Below the pieces are notes generated by a model. It saw nothing but the letters and a program-made list of their open reading frames with translations, was not told where the DNA came from and made no database searches. The translations under genes and the position numbers were made by a program. Of a DNA stretch of 64,000 nucleotides, positions 1 through 12,011 are shown piece after piece; the first letter of the stretch is position 1, and each line of letters begins with the position of its first letter. Source of the stretch: Lama glama (Eukaryota); assembly GCA_028534125.1 (NCBI GenBank), contig CM052816.1, forward strand, positions 20,772,001 through 20,836,000, written 5' to 3'.

Positions 1-3000
1 ATCTTTATTATTTCCTTCCTTCTGCTGACTTTTGCTTTTGTTTGCTCTTCTTTTTCTAATTCTTTTAGGTAATAGGTTAGGTTGTTTACTTGAGATTGTT
101 CTTGTATTTTGAGGAAGGCCTGTATCGCTATAAACTTCCCTCTTAGCACTGCTTTTGCTACACCCAATAGATTTTGTGTGGTTGTGTTTTCATCGCCATT
201 TGTCTCAACATATTTTTTAATTTCTTCTTTGATTTTGTCATTGACCCATTGGTTTTTTGGTAGAATATTGTTTAATCTCCATGCTGTTGTTTTTTTCTCC
301 TTTGTTTTTCTGTGGTTGATTTCTAGTTTCATGGCATTGTGATCACAAAAGATATTTGAAATAATTTCTATCCTCTTAAATTTGTTGAGGCTTCTCTTGT
401 GCCCGAGTACATAATCTATCCTAAAGAATGTTCCATGTGCACTTGAAAAGAATATATATTCTGTTTTTGGGGGGATGTAATGTCCTAAAAATATCAACCA
501 AGTCTAACTGTACTATTGTGTCATTTGGCATCTCTGTTGCCTTATTGATTTTCTGTCTAGAAGACCTGTCCAATGATGTTAATGGGGTGTTAAAATCTCC
601 TACTATGATTGTGTTCCCATCAATTTCTCCCTTTATGTATGTTAGTATTTGTTTTATATATTTAGGTGCTTCTATATTGGGTGCATATATGTTAATAAGT
701 ATAATATTCTCATCTTGTATTACTCCTTTAATCATTGTGTAGTGTCCTCCTTTATCTTTTTCTATGGCCTTTGTTTTAAAGTCTGTTTTGTCTGAAATCA
801 GTACTGCTACTCCTGCTTTCTTGTCATTTCCATTTGCATGAAATATTTTTTCCATCCTCTCATTCTCAATCTGGGTGTGTCCTTCTCCCTAAAGTGGGTC
901 TCTCGTATGCCACATATTGTAGGTTCTTGTTTAATTATCTAATCTACCACTCTGTGTCTTTTGATTGGAGCATTTAGTCCATTGACATTTATGGTAATTA
1001 TTGATAGATGTATGTTTATTGACATTTTGAACTTAGTTTTCCACTTGATTTGGTATTTCCTCTTTGTTCCTTCCTTTTTCTTTTTCTTTTTGTGGTTTGA
1101 TAATTTTCTTTTGTATTATCTTGGTTTCTTTTTGGTTTTTATGACTCTATTGTATGCCTTGGATCTGTGGTTACCCTGTTTTACGAATGTATTAACCCAT
1201 TACTACATCTGTTTGCTTTAAACTGATAGTTATATAAGCTCAAAGGCATCCTAAAAAGAATGAAAAAAAATTTTAATCTGTATTTTCTTGCTCCCCTTTC
1301 CCACTTTTAATGATTTTGATGTCCTCTTTTACATCTTCATGTTTATTTTGTTGTAGCTGTAGTTATCGCCTTTCCAATTATGGTTTTCTCCTTTCTATAG
1401 CACCCGGCTTCTTTTCTATTTAGAGTAGACCTTTCAATATTTCTTGCAGCATAGGTTTATTATTGCTGAATTCTTTCAGTTTTTGCTTGTCTGTGAAATT
1501 CTTTCTCTCTCCTTCTATTCTAAAGGATAGCCTTGCTGGATAGAGTATCCTAGGTTGCAGCTTTTTTTCATTCAGGACTTTGAATATATCCTGCCACTCC
1601 CTTCTGGCCTACAAAGTTTGTGTTGAGAAATCAGCTGAAAGCCTTATGGGGGTTCCCTTGTAACTGACTCTTTGTTTTTCTCTTGCTGCCTTTAGAATCA
1701 TTTCTTTATCTTTAACCTTGGCCATATTAATTATAATATGTCATGGTGTAGGTCTGTTTGGGTTCTTCTTGTTGGGAACCCTCTGTACTTCCTGTACTTA
1801 GATATCTGTTTCCTTCTTCACATTTGGGAAGTTTTCAGTCATGATTTCTTCAAATTCCTTTTCAATCCCCTTTTCTCTTTCTTCTTGTGGAATCCCTATT
1901 ATGCGTAGGTTGGCACACTTTATATTATCTCATAGATCCCTTATATTGCTTTCATTGGTTTTTACTTGCTTTTCTGTCTGCTGTTCTGATTGGGTGACTT
2001 CCGTTATCCTGTCTTTTAAGTCACCTATTCATTCCTGTGCATTGTCTTGTCTACTTTTGACTGCCTTTTGCTCAGCTCTTAGCCAGTGAGTTTGCTGTTT
2101 TTAATTGGCTCCTCTTTATAGTTTCTATAGTATTCTCTCTCTATTCTTAGTCTCTCTTATTTCCTTCAGTGCTTTTATCATCCCCTTTTTGAAGTCATGA
2201 TCTAGTAGACTATCGAGGTCTATTTCATTGATCATTCTCTCAGGAGACTTCTCTTGTTCTTTTAGTTGGGAGTAGTTCCTCTGCGTCTTCATTTTATTTA
2301 TCTCTCTCTGGCACAATGGATTACAGAGTATCAGCCACCTACTGTGGTCCTGAAGGGCTGTTTTTTTCTTTTTTAAAGAGGATGTGTTCCTGCGTAGACT
2401 GTGTGCCTCTAATAATTTTGTTATGAGGTCTGTTTTTAGTATGGATGGTTGCAATGTCTTTCTTCCGTGTGTGCTGGCTGTTATCCCATGTGTGTGGCCA
2501 GTGTTGGGATGACCAGAGCCTGCCCTGGTTGTTGAGCAGGGCCTCGTTTTCCTTCTGTGGTTGTCACAGCCCTGACAGGGGCCAGGTCTGTTCCCCTCTT
2601 GTTGGCATGGAGGCTCCGAGACCTGTTTCTGAGCTGTGGCGCTTGGGAGGTGGGATTGGAGCACTTTAAGTACTCTTCGCTGCCTCTACCCTTGTCCCCA
2701 CTTTAGCTGTGGGAATGTCATTGCTCTGCCCTGGAGTTCCCCAGTTTCTCTGCCCTCTACCAGTGCAGATCCGCCAACTTCTAGGTCACACACCTGGATT
2801 GTGGCTCGCTGTCGGGTCAGTGCTGTCCCCAGTGCCAAATGCAGCTCCTACACTCACTCTATGATCAAACTCCACGCATTTCTCTTAGAGGCCTGCACTG
2901 GTAGAGCCGCCAGCCCTGCAGCAGCTGTGCGGTCGCACTGCCAGGTCAGCACCATCACGAAGCCTAGACTCTTGCCGCCTTTCCTGCCTCACCCTGCTCT

Positions 3001-3140
3001 ACCTCCCCTCCCTGCCCCGCCAGGACATTGCATTGTTGCTATTGGAGAATCCAGATGTAGGTTGCGAGTATGATCAGTTGGCAGGTCAGTGTTGCTCTGC
3101 TGTGGGGGGCACACTGGGGGGGATAGGAACCCTGCCTCCT
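1..3140 (-). mobile_element. LINE-1, 5' part (5' UTR, ORF1 remnant, inter-ORF, ORF2 endonuclease region); runs off the left edge; decayed
   Basis: The minus strand gives an ORF1-like start at 2292 (MKTQRNYSQLKEQEKSPE...) and an ORF1 end ...KGLL* at 1420-1422. ORF2 starts at 1025 (MSINIHLSIITINVNGLNAPIKRHRV). Endonuclease motifs [27 protein letters not shown] and IVGDFNTPL are in ORF 421..855. Internal stops and frameshifts are present. GC-rich 5' UTR at about 2400-3140; that boundary is approximate. Confidence 0.93.
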
Positions 3141-3984
3141 TTATCCCGGCCCTGGTGCTGAGCACAGGCCTGGTCAGAAACAGCTGACCTAGCAAGCATC
3201 TGATAAAGGACCCATGGCGTAGATATAAGGGCAGCCCTGTCCTCAGCAGGACTGAGGTTGGTGAACTACTGGCTTGGTCATCCAGCTCCCAGTGGGCTCA
3301 GTAGGTCACATGCAGACATCTGATGCTGCAGGGCTTCCCAGGAGAGGTCCGGGAGGGCTGTGCTGCTGGAAGGCTCTCAGAGGCAGTGGGCATGCAGAGC
3401 TTCCGGGCAAGAAGACCTGGGAGGGCTGACAAGGCGCCGTGTGTGCTCAGGAGGGAAGGAACACTGCCTGGCTGAGGTACCTCGTGAAAAAGGAGTGAGA
3501 ACCTAGTAACAGATTCACCTGTGGGATGTGTTCCTTTTCACCATCATCCCAAGCATGAGTCACAAGCGTGAAAGACGTCCCTGAGCAGCTTGTGTAGCAT
3601 TCAGTGCTGTCGCCCAGCTGTGCTGCGGGGGGTTGGGTTTGGGCCCTTCTTGGCCTAACAGACAGCCTGTGCTGAGCTAAGGACACACAGACAGGGAGCG
3701 ATGTTCTCTGTCAGCTCCTCCGGCTGGGTTCTCTTTGGTCAGAGGGAGGACAGGAAGCGGAGGATGATGAAGTGCGGGAGGAGGCCCTGGCCAGCTCCCT
3801 GCCTCACTTAGGGCTCAGAAAACTCCAGGTGAACAGCAGATGTGCTGGGCAGGCAGTGTGTGGCCGGTGGGCCCAAGAGACGGAGATCCCACTCCCACAA
3901 ACAGGAGCTGGGTAGGGCTGTTCTACCCGAGACACAGTGCAGACCTGAGTGGCAACTTCTCTGTCACAGAGTCAAGACATGAAC

Positions 3985-4140
3985 TGTGAGCCAGAGAGAC
4001 CTGGGTTCAAGTCCCAGTGCTGGTACTTCCTTGACATGCAGTCTTAGGTGAGTAAACTCACCTGTGAAGTGAAGACAGCTGCAGTCCCTCCTGCTTCGCA
4101 GGCCTGATGAGCTATGTGTCAGGTACTTGGGAAATGCCTG
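3985..4140 (+). mobile_element. MIR SINE fragment
   Basis: AGACCTGGGTTCAAGTCCCAG B-box-like MIR head followed by a degenerate core; recognised by eye. Confidence 0.5.
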
Positions 4141-5884
4141 GCCGGATACAATTCAGAGTCCGAGGTGGGACAGATATGGGGGAGATTTTGTTTTCTCTCA
4201 AGCCATATTTAACAGTCAGTGGTGGAGAAAGATGATTTGAGCTGGTGGCCCCTCAGGGAGCTTCCCACCCATTATACAGATGAGAAAATCAAGACCCAGA
4301 GGAAGCTGCCAAAGCAAGGAATAAAATAGACTTCTGCCTGGAGCTGCCCCACTCCCTAGTGGCAGGGGCAGGACCCCATCCACAGGCTGGGCCACCATCT
4401 TCTGAGGCTTCCCCATCCATGACTCTGCCTTGACGTGGTTTGCTCAAGGGAACCCTTCCAGGCAACTACTTCCTCTCTCAAATGATTAATAGAACTTCCC
4501 CATAGAAGGCCTCCCAGAGATGAGGCCTGAACACTGACATGATTTATAACTTCATGCAAACCTCCGGCACTGCTTTCATAGAAAGGAGCGAAAACTTCAG
4601 ACATAAATGATGAATCCATTAAATTAAAAACACCCTTGACCTCCCCATGGTTCAGACAAGTAACGATTCCTTCCCAAAACACAATCATAATCTCCCGAAT
4701 CTGTTTATTACTCCAGCTTGGTACTTTTGTGAATGTGCCTCTTACTTAGGACGTATTTATGCTGCCTTTCACCTGGGAAATGATCGATGTCTCCCAAAGA
4801 AAACGGGCCTTTGTGTTATGTATTCAATTGTTTTCACGGGAAGGTCTTGCAAGTTTAAAAGGATACAAATGTGTTTACCCAGGCTATATTAATTTCTAAT
4901 AATTTTTAGTGTGTGAATTAACAGAAAAGAAGAGGGGAGATCAGGACCAGAGGAAAACAGTTGGGTCTTTGCCTTGTTGCTAGCAGAAAGCTTCGTCTCC
5001 ACCCGATCCCTACCCTGGGAAGGCAGACGCTTTCTCAGTCTCTCACAAAGAAAATGCAGGACTTTTCCTGACGGGGCCCCAGCCAAGCAGGGACCAAGGA
5101 GACCAAGGTCTTAGACGCCTCCCTGCCCAGGGTTCTCTTCGGGCCCTGCGTGTCCTGGCCGGAGGCTGGATCCAGGGCTCCCAGCTGCAGTCTTAGCGAC
5201 ACCTCATCACACGTGAGAACAGTTGGGTCCTGGAGGACAGTTAGCTGAGCTCCCACCCAACTCGTGGGATGATTGGGTTTTTTTTCCCCATAACATCCTT
5301 GTGCCAGTTTTCCACTTACTAAGTCAGGGCAAGATGGGCTTCTCAGGGGAGCTCCTTGGTGTCCCAGGGGGTTGCCTTCCATGTCACAGGCCTCCTTGTG
5401 TAGGGCGTGGAGCTGGGAAGCCCTCTGACCCCACTCTGGCCCAGGGGACCTGGGACTGTCTGCTGGGCCCCCTCCCACTGCTCCTGCCCAGGCTGTGCTG
5501 CTTCAGTCTCCTCCACGCCAGTCCCCCAGGAGCGACAGGAAGGGAGGCCCGGGCCGCTGGGTCACAGGCGGGGCAGCAGCAGCTTCTGCCCCCGTGAGCC
5601 CACAGTCTGTGGTCACAGACACGTACACGCAGCATGCATTCGGTGGTGTGGGCTCCGCCCCGACCCCGCGACGTGCGGCAGCCCCGTGAACTCTCTGCCC
5701 GGGCTAATGCAGGGCTAATGTTGAACTGAACTGGGTGGCACTGTTCTAGAACAAGGTGGATCCTTGACTCCCCTGCCTTGCCCTGATTGTTCCCTTGGCT
5801 GAGAAGGCTCCCTCCTCCGCCCCCATTCCCCTCTCCGCCTTGCTTTGCTGCCAGGACCACCTTAGCCTTCAGTGCCGTCATCGC

Positions 5885-7450
5885 CCATTCAACAGACATT
5901 TCCTGAGTTTCTCCCCGTGCCGCTTACCAGGCTAAGCAATGGACGGACCAAAATCCCTGTCCTCGTGGAGCACGTCAAAGGGTGAAACGTCCTAGGGAGG
6001 AAAACTTAAAAATGGGAGGGAGTAAGGGGAGTCAGAGAAAAGGTAGAAACTCTAGGTAGGATGGCAAGGGCAGGCCTTAATGAAAAGGTGACACGTGTGT
6101 CAATTTGCTGGGAAAGTCAAAGATGCCTCCTAACGATCCTGGTCTGAGTACCAGGAGTAGAGTGGCCGTTCACCAAGACGAGGAGAGGGCAGAGGAGCAG
6201 GCTTGGGGAAGAAAGATGAGGAGCCCGCGGGGACGTGATAGAGGTGAGGGGTCGTGCAGCCCCTTGGGTGTCTAAGACTGGAGTTGAAGGGGGAGGTTTG
6301 ACTGGAGATGGAAATTGCAGATGCCTCACAGAGTGGATGGTACTTAAAGTCAGTGGACCAGGATAGATCCTGTAGGAATTCAAAATGAGAATGTCCTACA
6401 GCCGAGCACGGCAGCGCTGAAAGCCGGGTGGGGAGGAGGGGGCGGTGAGAAACAGCAGCAAGGCAGGTGGAGAGGAAACCACAGAGACAGAAGAAATGTG
6501 ATGTGTGGTAGGAATGTGGCATCCGGGGCCAGGTGGTGTCTGGGCCCAAGGAGGAGGTGTGATAGGTTGTGCTGAATGCCACAGGCAGGTCAGGGAAGGG
6601 GAGGACAGAGAGCTGGCTGTTGGGTCAAGGTCAACATGGGAAGGAGGTGTCACTCTGGCCCGGAGAAGAGCCGTTTCCCTGACATGGTGGGGAAAGTCTG
6701 TCCGGAACTGGCTCAAGGGAGGAAGAGGAGTGACAGCCACCAAGTAGGACAACTTTCCAGGGTGCTTCCAAGAAGAAAAATGGGACAGAGCTGGGGAGAG
6801 AAGTTGGGGTGAAGAGGTTTTGTGAGAGTTCCAAGATGGAAATTAAAAGCATTTTATGGCCTGATAGGAAAGATCCAGTGGAAAGGGAGAGTGGGAGGGA
6901 GGTGCAGGAGCGCATCCTGGACGCAACATGAGGGGATGGAATTGAGGAATGAGGATGGCATGAGACTAAAAATCGAGCGTTTCTCTGGAGAAGGGAAGAA
7001 GAATGGTCTGGTGGTGGCAATGAGGTCCCAGGAGGACCCCTGCCCCACCACCCAGGCCCTGGAGTTAAGGGCAGAGAGACGTACATCCGATCAAGAGGCA
7101 GCAGACGGGGTGTCACCAGGTTTCCGTCTGAGCAAGAAGGTGAAGGAATGTTGACAGAAGAGTTTGAGGACAGTGGGCATTTTGCTGGTGGCACAGTGGA
7201 AGGTTCTGGGGACGAGGGATGCCCCAGAGACTTAGGCTTTTGGAAAGACTGACAGGATCCTGAATCAAGGGCATGAATGCAGGGGTCCTAATGATCCTTG
7301 GTTGGAGATGAGGGAACTAAGGAGAGGGGCCACTGGGAGGTGGAGCATGAGGGTGTCAGAGGCCATCTCTGGTCCTGCTGATGGAGGGTTGGAGGTCCAA
7401 GAAGGAATGGCCTTAGCTCCCAGGATGACTGGCTTCTGGAGACCTCAAGG
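5885..7450 (-). mobile_element. LINE-2 fragments (ancient)
   Basis: CATTCAACAGACATTTCCTGAG...AAATCCCTGTCCTCGTGGAGC resembles an antisense L2 3' end, followed by purine-rich L2-like body; boundaries approximate. Confidence 0.55.
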
Positions 7451-8399
7451 CCTGCTGACGGTGCATCTCACTCAGCATTTGTGAGCGGTCTTTTTGCCTC
7501 TGCCAGTTGCAGGCCCAGGTGTCTCTGCCCAGTAGTTGGTCCTATATTTTTAAGTGAATGTCTCATTCCACACTCTTGACTTTCAGTCAGGTTTCACTTT
7601 GTTCTAGAATAGTGCCACCCAGAATATTAGCCCTGAATTGGGCTGCAAGGGTTTCCAAGTCAGGACTGACTCAGGGTCTCCCCTGGAACCTCGTAGGTAG
7701 AAAACCCGCCATCCCCAACCCAGACCTTTGGAGTCAGACATGAGAGGTGGGGGGTGCTTGGCATTGTTTGAACAAGCGCCTCCCCGAGAGGTGCAGACAC
7801 ACATTCAAGTTTGAAAACTTCGTGGGTCCACAGATTCCTGTCAAAGGTCAGAGCAGAGGCAAAGACCAGTGTTCAAGGCTGGTGCTGCCCACTGGCCATC
7901 TCACTGAGGGGGCCAGTCCACAAACCTCCAGTCAGGTCTGTCCAGTGAACCAGGAACTCTGTCAATAAAGGGTGTGGCCCCACAGGCATCAAGGAGGTCA
8001 GGATTTCCTCTGTGAGGTGGACAGAGTGGTTCTGGGTGCCCTGTTCTGATAAGCCTTCCTGGATCCCTGTCCCATGTCCCCAGGGTTCCCTTCTGGTAGT
8101 TCTCATCACACTAGCAGTTATGTCTGATCAGCATTCCCCGATAGGAACCTTCATGAGGCCAGGCACTGGGCAGATCTTACTGCTGTGTCTGTAATGCCTG
8201 ACACTTGGCTGGGGCTCAATAATTGTTGGCTGCACAATAGTGAGTTGACAGAACTTGGTAAAATCAAACAAGACCATTAATGTGCTGGACTCCGAGATGG
8301 GAATTCCCTCAGCCCTTCCCCCTCCCCCGCCTCTCCTCCTCTCTCTACTTGCTACTATAATATTTGAAATACTTTGAAATATCTGGTATGGAAAAATCA

Positions 8400-9800
8400 C
8401 AGTCATCACTCTGCTTTTTCAAAATTTCTTCTGTTCTTGCACATTTTTGCTTCTAGCTAAATTTTAGAATTGTTTCGTCAAGACCCCACCGACTGATGTG
8501 AATTTGAATGAGGTTAAATGTTTGGCTTAATTTGGAGTATCTTGTTTCTTTTTTTTTTAACATTTTTTATTGATTTATAATCATTTTACAATGTTGTGTC
8601 AAATTCCAATGTTCAGCACAATTTTGGAGTATCTTGTTTCTTAACAACAGCAAGTCTTCCTATCCAAGCTCATCTCTCTCCAATTATTCAAGTCTTTTTT
8701 TTTTTTTAATGTCTGCAGTAAGATGTTACATTTCCCTTCGTTTCAGTCCACTCTGTTCTGTTTTGTTGCTGCTGGTCGATAAGTAAGCTATCAGTTTTGT
8801 TTTGGTGCTGGCCCTGTATGGTACTAACTTACTAAAACTTACTACTTCTGGGTTCATTATGTGGAGCGTATCATTTTTTGCCATCTTTTTAGTATTTGTT
8901 CCTCCCATTTCTTGCCTTCCATTGACAATAGCATCCAGCAGAATGTTGGTATTGCCTCCTTCCCCCTTCCTGCTTTCCCGACTTAATGTTTCACCATTCT
9001 GGAAAGACTGGGGCTGTTTCTTCTTTTTATAGGCATATTCTTCATTGTAGGAAGAAAATATTCTGCTGTTCCTATTTTATTGAGGTTTTTTCCTCCCAAG
9101 AAATGGATTTTGAATTTATTTCAAAGGCCCTTTCACCATATCTAGCAAGAGAATCAATTGGTTTCTCTTTTTTGACTGGCTTTGACTTGGATATGATTAA
9201 TTACAGCTTTCCCAATAGTTCATCGCTGTAACATAGTATACTTGGTAGTATGTTCTTTTACTACCATGCTGGGTTTAATTTGCTAGTATTAGAATTTTGA
9301 TATCTCTTGTGAGTGAGTTAGGTCATGCTCATCAATTTGGTGCTGTCTTTGGCAGGTTTTGGTGTCCAGGTTTTACTGGCTTCACGATAAAATTTGGAAC
9401 ATCTTCTGTTGTACTAGGAATTATCCATTCTTTAAATGTACAAAAGAACTTCCCTATAAAACTAATCTGGGTGCTTTAGGGGTTGGTAGTTCTTTGTTTA
9501 AGAGCTTTATTGAGGTGTAATTGATAAACTACACATCTGTAAAGTACACAGTATGATAAGCTTAGACATACGCATATACCCATGACACCATCACCACAAT
9601 CACCCATAACCGTCACGTCCACGAGTTTCCTCGTGTCCCTTTGTTTTTCTTTCTTGTTTATTTTTGCAGTCAGAACACTTAACCTGCAATCTGCCTTCTT
9701 AATAGACGTTTAAGTGCACAACATAATATTACTGATTAAAGGCTCCGTGTTGTACCGCAGGCCTCAGAGCTTACTCATCCTGCATAACTGAAGAGCAGTA
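8400..9800 (-). mobile_element. Old L1M-type fragments, including an L1MA/MB-like 3' end at ~9500-9790
   Basis: T-rich antisense L1-like sequence; AGCTTTATTGAGGTGTAATTGA...CACCATCACCACAATC is typical of old eutherian L1 3' termini. Confidence 0.55.
8551..8622 (-). mobile_element. Extremely 5'-truncated young L1 (72 bp) with perfect 20-bp target-site duplication
   Basis: TTTGGAGTATCTTGTTTCTT at 8531-8550 and 8623-8642 flanks poly(T) plus an L1 terminus that closely matches the ends at ~12020-12085 and (reverse complement) ~41155-41232. Confidence 0.92.
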
Positions 9801-12011
9801 TATTAAAGTGTTGTAAATATTCTCTTCTTAATTCCATGTCCATCCTTTAACGTTTCCTTTTAAGTGATTCATTGAGATTTTCTTATAATTGAACATGATA
9901 GTCTCATATTTTTTCATCTCCTCTGTGGTCTCTATTTTTTTCACTGACCAAACTCGCCATAATTTTGGCTATTTTATTCATGTTTATGAATAACCAGGTC
10001 TTAGATGTATCAATTCCACTCTATTTTTGTATATTTTTTAATTGAAGTATAGTCAGTTTACAATGTTGTGTCAGTATCTGGTGTACAGCACAGTGCCTCC
10101 GTCATACATATGCATACATACATTCGTATTCATATTCTTTTCACCATAAGTTACTACAAGATATGGAATATAGTTCCTTGTGCTATACAGTATTGCTTAT
10201 TTTATATTAAATATCTGCAAATCTTGAACAACCAATTTATCCCTTCCTACCCCCTTGCCTCCCTGGTAACCATATATTTGTTTTCTAAGTCTATGAGTCT
10301 CTTTCTGTTTGTAAATAAGTTTGTATGTCCTTTTTTTAGATCCCACATATAAGTGATATCATATGGTATTTTTCTTTCTCTTTCTGGCCTACTTCACTTA
10401 GAATGACAATCTCCAGGTCCATCCGTGTTGCTGTGAATGGCATTATTTTTCTTTTTTATGGATGACTAATATTCCATTATATAAAAACACCGCAACTTCT
10501 TTATCTAGTCGTCTGTTGGAGGACAATTTAGGTTATTTCCATGTCTTGGCTATTATAAATAGTGCTGCTGGAAATGTTGGAGTGCATGTATCTTTTTGAA
10601 TTAAGATTCCCTCAGAAGTGGGATTGTTGGTACATAAGGTAAGTCTATTTTTAGTTTTTTGAGAACTCTCCATAGTGTTTCCCATAATGGCTGCACCAAA
10701 CTACATTCCCACCAGCAGTGTAGGAGTGTTCCCATTTCTCCATACCCTCTCCAGCATTCATCATTCATGGACTTTTGAATGATGGACATTCTGACTGGTG
10801 TGAGGTGATACCTCATGATAGTTTTGGTTGCTTTTCTCTGATAATTAGCAATATTGAGCATTTTTTCATGTGCCTATTGGCCATTTGTATGTCTTCATTA
10901 GAGAATTGCTTGTTTAGGTCTTCTGCTCATTTTTGGATTGGGTTGTTTGTTTTTTTACTGTTAAGTTGTATGAGCTGTCTATATATTCTGGAAAGTAAGC
11001 CTTCATCAGTCGCACCATTTGCAGATATTTTTCCCAATCCGTAGGTTGTCATTTTGTTTTGCTTGTGGTTTCCTTTGCTGTGCAAAAGTTTGTAAGTTTA
11101 ATTAGGTCCCATTTGTTTATTTTTGCTTTTATTTCTATTGCTTGGGTAGGCTGCCCTCGGAGAACGCTGCTGAGATTTATGTCAGAGAATGTTTTGCCTA
11201 TGTTCTCTTCTAGGAGATTTATCATGTCTTGCCTTATATTTAAGTCTTTAAGCCATTTTGAGTTTATTTTTGTGTATGGAGTGAGGGAGTGTTCTAAATT
11301 CATTGATTTACATGCAGCTATCCAGTTTTCTCAACACTGTTTGCTGAAGAGATTATCTTTTCTCCATTGTATATTCTTGCCTCCTTTGTTGAAGATTAAT
11401 TGATCATACGTCTGTGGGTTTATTTCTGGGCTCTATTTTGTCCCATTGATCCATATGTCTGTTTTTGTACCAAGACTATGCTGTTTTGATTACTGTAGCT
11501 CTGTAGTATTGCCTGAAGTCTGGGAGGGTTATTCCTCTAGCTTCATTCTTTTTCTTCACTATTGCTTTGGCAATTCTGGGTCTTTTGTGATTCCATATAA
11601 ATTTTACGATTGTTTGTTCTAGTTCTGTGAAGAATATCCTAGGTAATTTGATAGAGATCACATTAAATCTCTAGATTGCCTTGGGTAGCATGGCCATTTT
11701 AATGATATTGATTCTTCCAGTCCAAGAGTATGGGATATCTTTCCATTTCTTTAAGATATCTTTCCATTTCTTTAAGTCATCATTAATTTCCAAAATCAGT
11801 GTTTGGTAGTTCTCCAGGTAAAAGCCTTTCAACCTCCTTGGTAAGATTTATTCCTGACTATTTTATTGTTTTGGATGAGATTTTTTAAAGAGGTGGTTTC
11901 TTTATTTTCTTTCCCTGCTAATTCATAGTTAGTGTAAAGAAATGCAACTGCTTTTTGCATGTTAATCTTATATCCTGCTACCTTGCTGAATTCTTTCATC
12001 AGCTGGAGTAG

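Noticed and set aside
11734..11775. 21-bp perfect tandem duplication inside L1
   Set aside because: Ordinary slippage in a dead element.
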